From contig RHPI01003261.1 of assembly GCA_009103225.1 (NCBI GenBank), forward strand, positions 297,126-322,491: 25,366 nt of DNA. The letters are read 5' to 3'. Under the pieces are notes generated by a model. That model was not told where the DNA came from, did no database searches, and saw only the letters and a program-made list of their open reading frames with translations. The number at the start of each line of letters is the position of its first letter. Position 1 is the first letter of the stretch. Origin of the DNA: Chlorokybus atmophyticus. Its lineage: Eukaryota > Plantae > Mesostigma and Chlorokybus algae. Shown here piece after piece: positions 20,290-25,366 of the stretch. Made by a program: the position numbers and the translations under genes.

Positions 20290-23200
20290 TTAGCGCAAGC
20301 AAACACAATAATGTATATGTATTATGCGGCAACTACTATAGTCCTCCTCATTTACATCTTCTACGCGCGGATGAACAAATGAGTGAATAATGCTCTGTGT
20401 AACACTAGACACACCGAAAACGTGAAGATGCGTCAACTTGTTTTCCAACTTCCTAAGCGCCATCTGCTCCATTTGATTGAAGTCTTTAGAAGCTTCGATG
20501 ATAAAAGCGTCAAGTGCATCCACATGTTGCATCGCTTCTCTCAATGTCGGCGCATGAGGGGGCTGATTGTCAGGGTCATCTGTGCATGCTAGTCTTAGCG
20601 ACATGTACAACCGCTATCATGCAATTGCATATAGTGCAGGCACCACACCGTCACTTACCTTCCTCATCTTCTTCCTCATCGGACGATGGCCCGAGACCAA
20701 CAGATGCCAGTATTTCAGCATCCGTTGCTGTTGCCTCCGTGGGCAATGTCTCATCCGTGTCCACAAAGTCCTCGGCGCTGATTGTGTCTGATGCTGGAAG
20801 CTTCATCCGCGCCATGAGTTGCTGCAAATCATCTAACTCTGAGTTGTAGTCCTTCGCGCAGTAGCAATGCAAGTTACCAATGTTGGCACAAGCATTGTTC
20901 TAGCAATAACCACCAACTCAGCATACATACCTTGGCGTCAATGACGCGATGAACGGATGGGGCGTTGAGGTTGTCCTTGATTGCATCAGCACACCAATCG
21001 GCAGGAATAACCTTGCTCTTGCGCCAGCAATTGCGTATGGTAGAAGGAGTGAGCTCCATCCAAGCTTCACGGCTCCACATGACGGCGTCGCGCACATCCA
21101 CTTTGGTTTTGCTGAGGTCGGAAGTGGGGTTGGCGTCAAACTCTGCAAGCATGTGCGCAACCAACTTCTTCTTGTACCTGCGTAGCAATGCGTAAGACTT
21201 GAACATATCCTCACAAAGTAACGTGCTTTGCTCACATGATGTCAAACCTTACCTCATCTTGAATGCAGCAATTATGCCCGCATCCAAGGGTTGAATGACT
21301 GATGTTGTGTTTGGAGGCAAGAACACAACGGTCAGGTGAGACATAATGAGAGACTTGAAGCTGCCTTTTGTCCCCGACTTGGCTTGCGCAGATGTGCGTT
21401 GCTGCGTTGTCCATGAGCACCAGCACTTGTCGATTGGCACGGCGCATATCCTCATTGAACGCACATAACCACCGTGTAAACACCTGCATGCCATTGCTGA
21501 AAATCAGCACAGTTCAGACATGTGCGCGCGCATACGCGCACGCGCGTGCATACACGCACACGCGCGCATGCACGCAGATCAGATGCATGACCATAATTGA
21601 ATGCACATAACCACCACGCAAACACCTGCATGCCATTGAACTGGAACTCAGCACATCGCACGCGCCCGCGCACGCATGCGCGCGCGTGCGTGCGCGTGCG
21701 CGTGCGCGTGCACGCAGATCAGATTAGATAGATGACCATAATTGAATGCATACAACCACCTGCATGCCATTGAACTGGAATTCAGCACATCACACGTGCA
21801 CGCGCACGCGCACGCATGCGGGCGCGTGCACGCAGATCAGATACATGACCATAATTGAATGCACACAACCACCATGCAAACACCTGCATGCCTGATTGAA
21901 CTGGAATTCAGCACATCACACACATACGCGCACGCGTGCAGATTAGATGCATGTCCTTGAAGTGAATGCACACAACCACCATGTAAGTACCTGCTTGTTA
22001 TGATGATCAGCACAGCTCACACATACATACATGCGCACGTATGTGTAAGCTGATTTGCGTGCATGCGTACGTGCGCGCGCGTGCGTGCGTGCGTGCGTGC
22101 GCGTGCAGATTAGCACACCATGTACACAAGCACAGCATGCAGTGTCATGAAGATCAGCACAGCTCACACATACATACGCGCATGTATGTGTGAGCTGATC
22201 TGCGTGCGCGTGGGCGTGCGCATGCATGCGTGCGTGCGCGTGCGTGCAGACCAGCACACCATGTACGCACGCATGCAATCAATCAGTGAGTGCACGCCAA
22301 TCAGTTGCATGACAACGCACCTGGTGTGTCATCCACGCCGTTGAGTTGTACTCATAATTCACTCCAACTCGGTGAGGCTGCCAAGTTTACCAAAGCATCT
22401 TGGCTGCTTGGACTTGCCAATGAAAAGCAAAGGACGCTTCTCCGTGCCGCTTGCATTTGTGCACAAGACAACAGTGCATCGATCCTTGTGCTTTTTCATT
22501 CTGTAACAAACAACACAATTAAGCTATGCTCATTGGCTTGGCTGTGCAGCTGCAGTGCACTGAGCTTTCTTACCCACGAGCGTCCAAGGCTGCAACTGCA
22601 AGCGTGCGACTTGGGCGTGCGCGGTAGAACAAACCCGATTCGTCCATGTTGAAAGTATCGTCGTGGTCATACTCTTTCAGGAGGAGAGGCAGCTCCGTCA
22701 TTGCCAAGCGCACACCATCCATGTCAGCATCTCCTGCCTCTCCATGCAATGCATAAGCCTTGATGCCGTGACGCTTTTTGAAACCATCAAGCGAGCCCGA
22801 AGAATATGAGAAGCTTGATGCAATGTCTATACCAGCGGCATCCGTAAAGGCTCGTGCTTTGGCAATTAAGACCTCGTCAGTTAGTGTGGCCTTGCGCAAC
22901 CGAGCTTGCCCAAACCATGCATACAATGCTGCTTCTAATTCAAGATAATGTGTTTGCCTAACCTTCTTGAACACTACACCACGCTCACCAGCCTGAGCTA
23001 TAACCTCGACCATCTTATCCTTTGAACGCAAAATTCTAGAGAGTACTGGCTGGCTGAGTGTCAGCCGTAACTTGTCGTTGATCATGAGTAGCAGGTCGCT
23101 CTGCTTTTTGCCAGGGTGTGCGTCAACCAATGCAATAACTGCTTGCTTCTTATTGACAGTGTATGCTCGACGCTTGATGCCCTTGCTGCACGCATACACT

Positions 23201-23416
23201 GAAAATTATTACCTCACACCTGTAGAATGTCACACTTGTAATCATGTTGATGCACAACTTACTTCGGCCTCCTCCACCACGCCCGCCGCGCTTGGCTGCG
23301 GCACCTCGTGCAGGCGCAGCGCTACTAGCACCAGCACCATCGCCTGCATCAAACTGCGCCTCAGCCGAACCATGGCTGAAGTCACTGTCGTCCTCCATGT
23401 CCATGTTCATGTTCAT
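20290..23416 (-). pseudogene. pogo/Tigger transposase (CENP-B-type HTH + HTH_Tnp_Tc5 + DDE_1), spliced, frameshifted
   Basis: KRRAYTVNKKQ.., ELEAALYAWF..ARL..TLTDEVLIAKA, GFKKRHGI..LHGEAG, FNMDESGLFYR, KHKDRCTVVLCTNASGTEK..IGKSKQPRCF, NSTAWMT, VLMDNAATH, FLPPNTTSVIQPLDAGII, W..TIRNCW. Introns include 23262-23199, 22573-22501, 22320-21484 and 21252-21178. 1-nt frameshifts near 22388 and 21375. Confidence 0.92.
21460..22290. repeat. Minisatellite of ~100-145-bp units with (CA/CG)n tracts inside a transposase intron
   Basis: Recurring ATGCAC(A/T)(T/C)AACCACC..CACCTGCATGCCATTGAACTGGAATTCAGCACA..GCAGATCAGAT..GACCATAATTGA at about 21463, 21601, 21746, 21859 and 21966, plus two more diverged units to about 22290. 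Confidence 0.9.
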
Positions 23417-23806
23417 GGAGGGTAATGATGCACCATCGCCGCCGCCGCCCCCGCCTGCGCCTACGCCTGCGCCTCCCCCAAGGCGGCCGCCCAGCGGCGG
23501 CGCATTCCCGCCGCTTGACGCTGGCTGGCGTGCGCAGCGACGTCATGCAGCAGCGTCACGCAGCGGTCTTGTGACGCTGTCACAAAATCGCTGCGTGACG
23601 CTGCGACGTCGACAGTACACTTCCTTATAAGTATGTTCCCTGCTAAAACTTGTAAGATTTTCGCCAAATTTGAATATGTTTATGTGGATATAAGTATTAC
23701 TTATAACCAACAACATTTGCCAAGGAAACCATCGGTTCCCTAAGAATTTATGTTTATAGGGCATTTATACTTACAAAGACGATACTTATAGCCCGAGTAG
23801 ACTGTA

Positions 23807-25366
23807 CGTGACAATTTGGTCTAAACCGTTACTGGCTTGAACATTTTCGGTTGCTGTCAGGGCATGGCCTCAGTCGTTGGCGCCATTATTGCGGCCAATG
23901 AATGACCGGACCTGTATCGGTCTCGATGTCCACGAAGAATCCACAATGGTCCAACCTTGCCGCGGATTGCGCCCCAATTTTGCGCCTCGGTGTTGTACAG
24001 GACGTATATATAGTACACGTATATAAGTACAGCACGTCATATGTCACCTTTTAGCGCTGCACAGCATCAAGCGGGTCGTCCTAAAACGCGTCCGTCGTTT
24101 TAACTATTAAATCTTGGCACTAAATGTCGAGTTGATGCTGAGCTTGCAGTTCTTCCAGGGAAGGTGTGGCGTTAGTGGCGTTAATGGCGGCAAGTTCTTA
24201 TGTCGCGGGGTCAGGGGCGGCGTGGGTGGCATTGGCTTCTCTCTCTACTGCCGCCTCCAACTTAGCAGGGTGGGTCTGAGTGGCGGCGACCATATGGAGG
24301 GAGAACGTGCTATGGTGCTGAGCGGCTGCGACGGCATGCTGCTGGTTTGGTACTGGCGCTCAGCTAAGGGCATCAACATCTAGGTGCGTCTTGCTAGGCT
24401 TGTGTTTGATGGTGAACTAAGCCTGTAGCGCCATTACCCAACATGCATGCCTTTTCAATAGATCTTTTGCTTTCATGAAGCTTAGTAGCGGTTGATGATC
24501 TGCCTCCACTACCACCTCTGCTCCCCATAGATAGCAATGAAATCTCTTGAATGCTCATAATACTGCAAGCAGTTCCTTGTTTATGGACGAGTACCTCTGC
24601 TCTGTTGGTGTCAGTGCTCTGTTGAGGTAGTGCAATGGCTGCTGATGACCCTCATGTTCTTTGCATAGGACAGCTCCCAACCTCATGTCTGAAGCATTGA
24701 TGCGCAACACAACGGGTTTGGTAAAGTCTAAGTGTGTAAGCACAGGTGGGTCCATCAATGCCTGTTTCAGAGCTATAAATGCTGCTTCTTCAGCCGTTGC
24801 CCAAGTGTACTTGACATGATATGCATTGTTGCGAAGGTTGTGGCGGAGGGGTGCTGTTTTTATTGCTATATCAGGTATAAAACGCATGTAAAAGCCGCAC
24901 ATTGCCGGGAAGCGCATCAGAGCATTCAAACATTTTCGGCTTACTGTTGGATTGCAGTTGTATTCTCTTGATCTGCACTGACTGCGTTGGCTGACACAAT
25001 GTGACTCAGAAACTATAGAGTTGTCATCCTAACAAAGAATTGCTCTATCCGTGCTTTCAAGTTGTACTTCTTCAGTCTATCCACCACCTCCCTTACGTGC
25101 TGCATGTGCGTCTTCCAATTGGGTGAGTGGACGATGATGTCATCTATGTATGCCATTGCGTCAAAACGGCCCATGAGCACGTCATTCATGAACCACTAAA
25201 CCATTGTTGGTGCATTGCACGAGACGAAAGGCATCACAAGAAACTCATAGTGTCCTCTGTTCGTCCGGAATGCTGTTTTCTCAATGTCGTCCGGATGCAC
25301 TCTGATCTGCCTGAGGTAAGATAGTATTTTTGTGAAGTAGCGCGCTCCTTCTAGCTGGAGGGGGGG
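23807..25366 (-). mobile_element. Degenerate Ty3/gypsy LTR retrotransposon pol (RT, RNase H, probable integrase zinc-finger remnant); runs off the window
   Basis: [41 protein letters not shown] at 25150-25139, GFYMRFIP, NAS..LGAVL, E.RYS..KELLAV, EADHQPL, DVDALS. Many stops and frameshifts. The 23807-24360 part is assigned weakly. Confidence 0.9.

Larger units (their letters stand above)
19996..23804 (-). mobile_element. pogo/Tigger-family (Tc1/mariner superfamily) DNA transposon, full length
   Basis: TA target duplication (19994-19995, 23805-23806). Imperfect 23-bp TIRs CAGTCTACTC[TCCTG/GGGCT]ATAAGTAT. Subterminal ATAAGTAT/ATACTTAT repeats at both ends (20011, 20041, 20072, 20099; 23627, 23690, 23782). 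Confidence 0.93.

Overview
Eukaryotic nuclear DNA (short GT-AG introns, a mitochondrial insertion, three N bases) made almost entirely of decayed mobile elements; I found no intact host gene. The left 14 kb is the notable part. It holds a spliced Plavaka (CACTA/EnSpm-related) transposase pseudogene (minus, 8874-12048) next to apparent chromatin-effector cargo. One cargo gene is a zinc finger + Tudor + compact prokaryote/phage-type C5 DNA methyltransferase fusion (6549-8277, one in-frame TGA). Another is an OTU-protease + RING gene (about 2627-6065) whose RING is split by a 373-bp mitochondrial atp1 insertion. Two spliced genes of unknown function are also present. GTACCAT motif clusters sit upstream of these genes, the Plavaka 3' end is duplicated at the window start, and a CACTACAAG-type terminus lies at 1431-1440. 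Further right are a 3 x 687-bp tandem repeat built from ~60-bp hairpin units, AT-rich decayed DNA, a complete TA-flanked pogo/Tigger element (19996-23804) with an intron-containing, frameshifted transposase, and a degenerate Ty3/gypsy RT-RNaseH running off the right edge. All family calls come from motifs recognised by eye; no searches were run. A green-lineage alga is a plausible host but is not proven.
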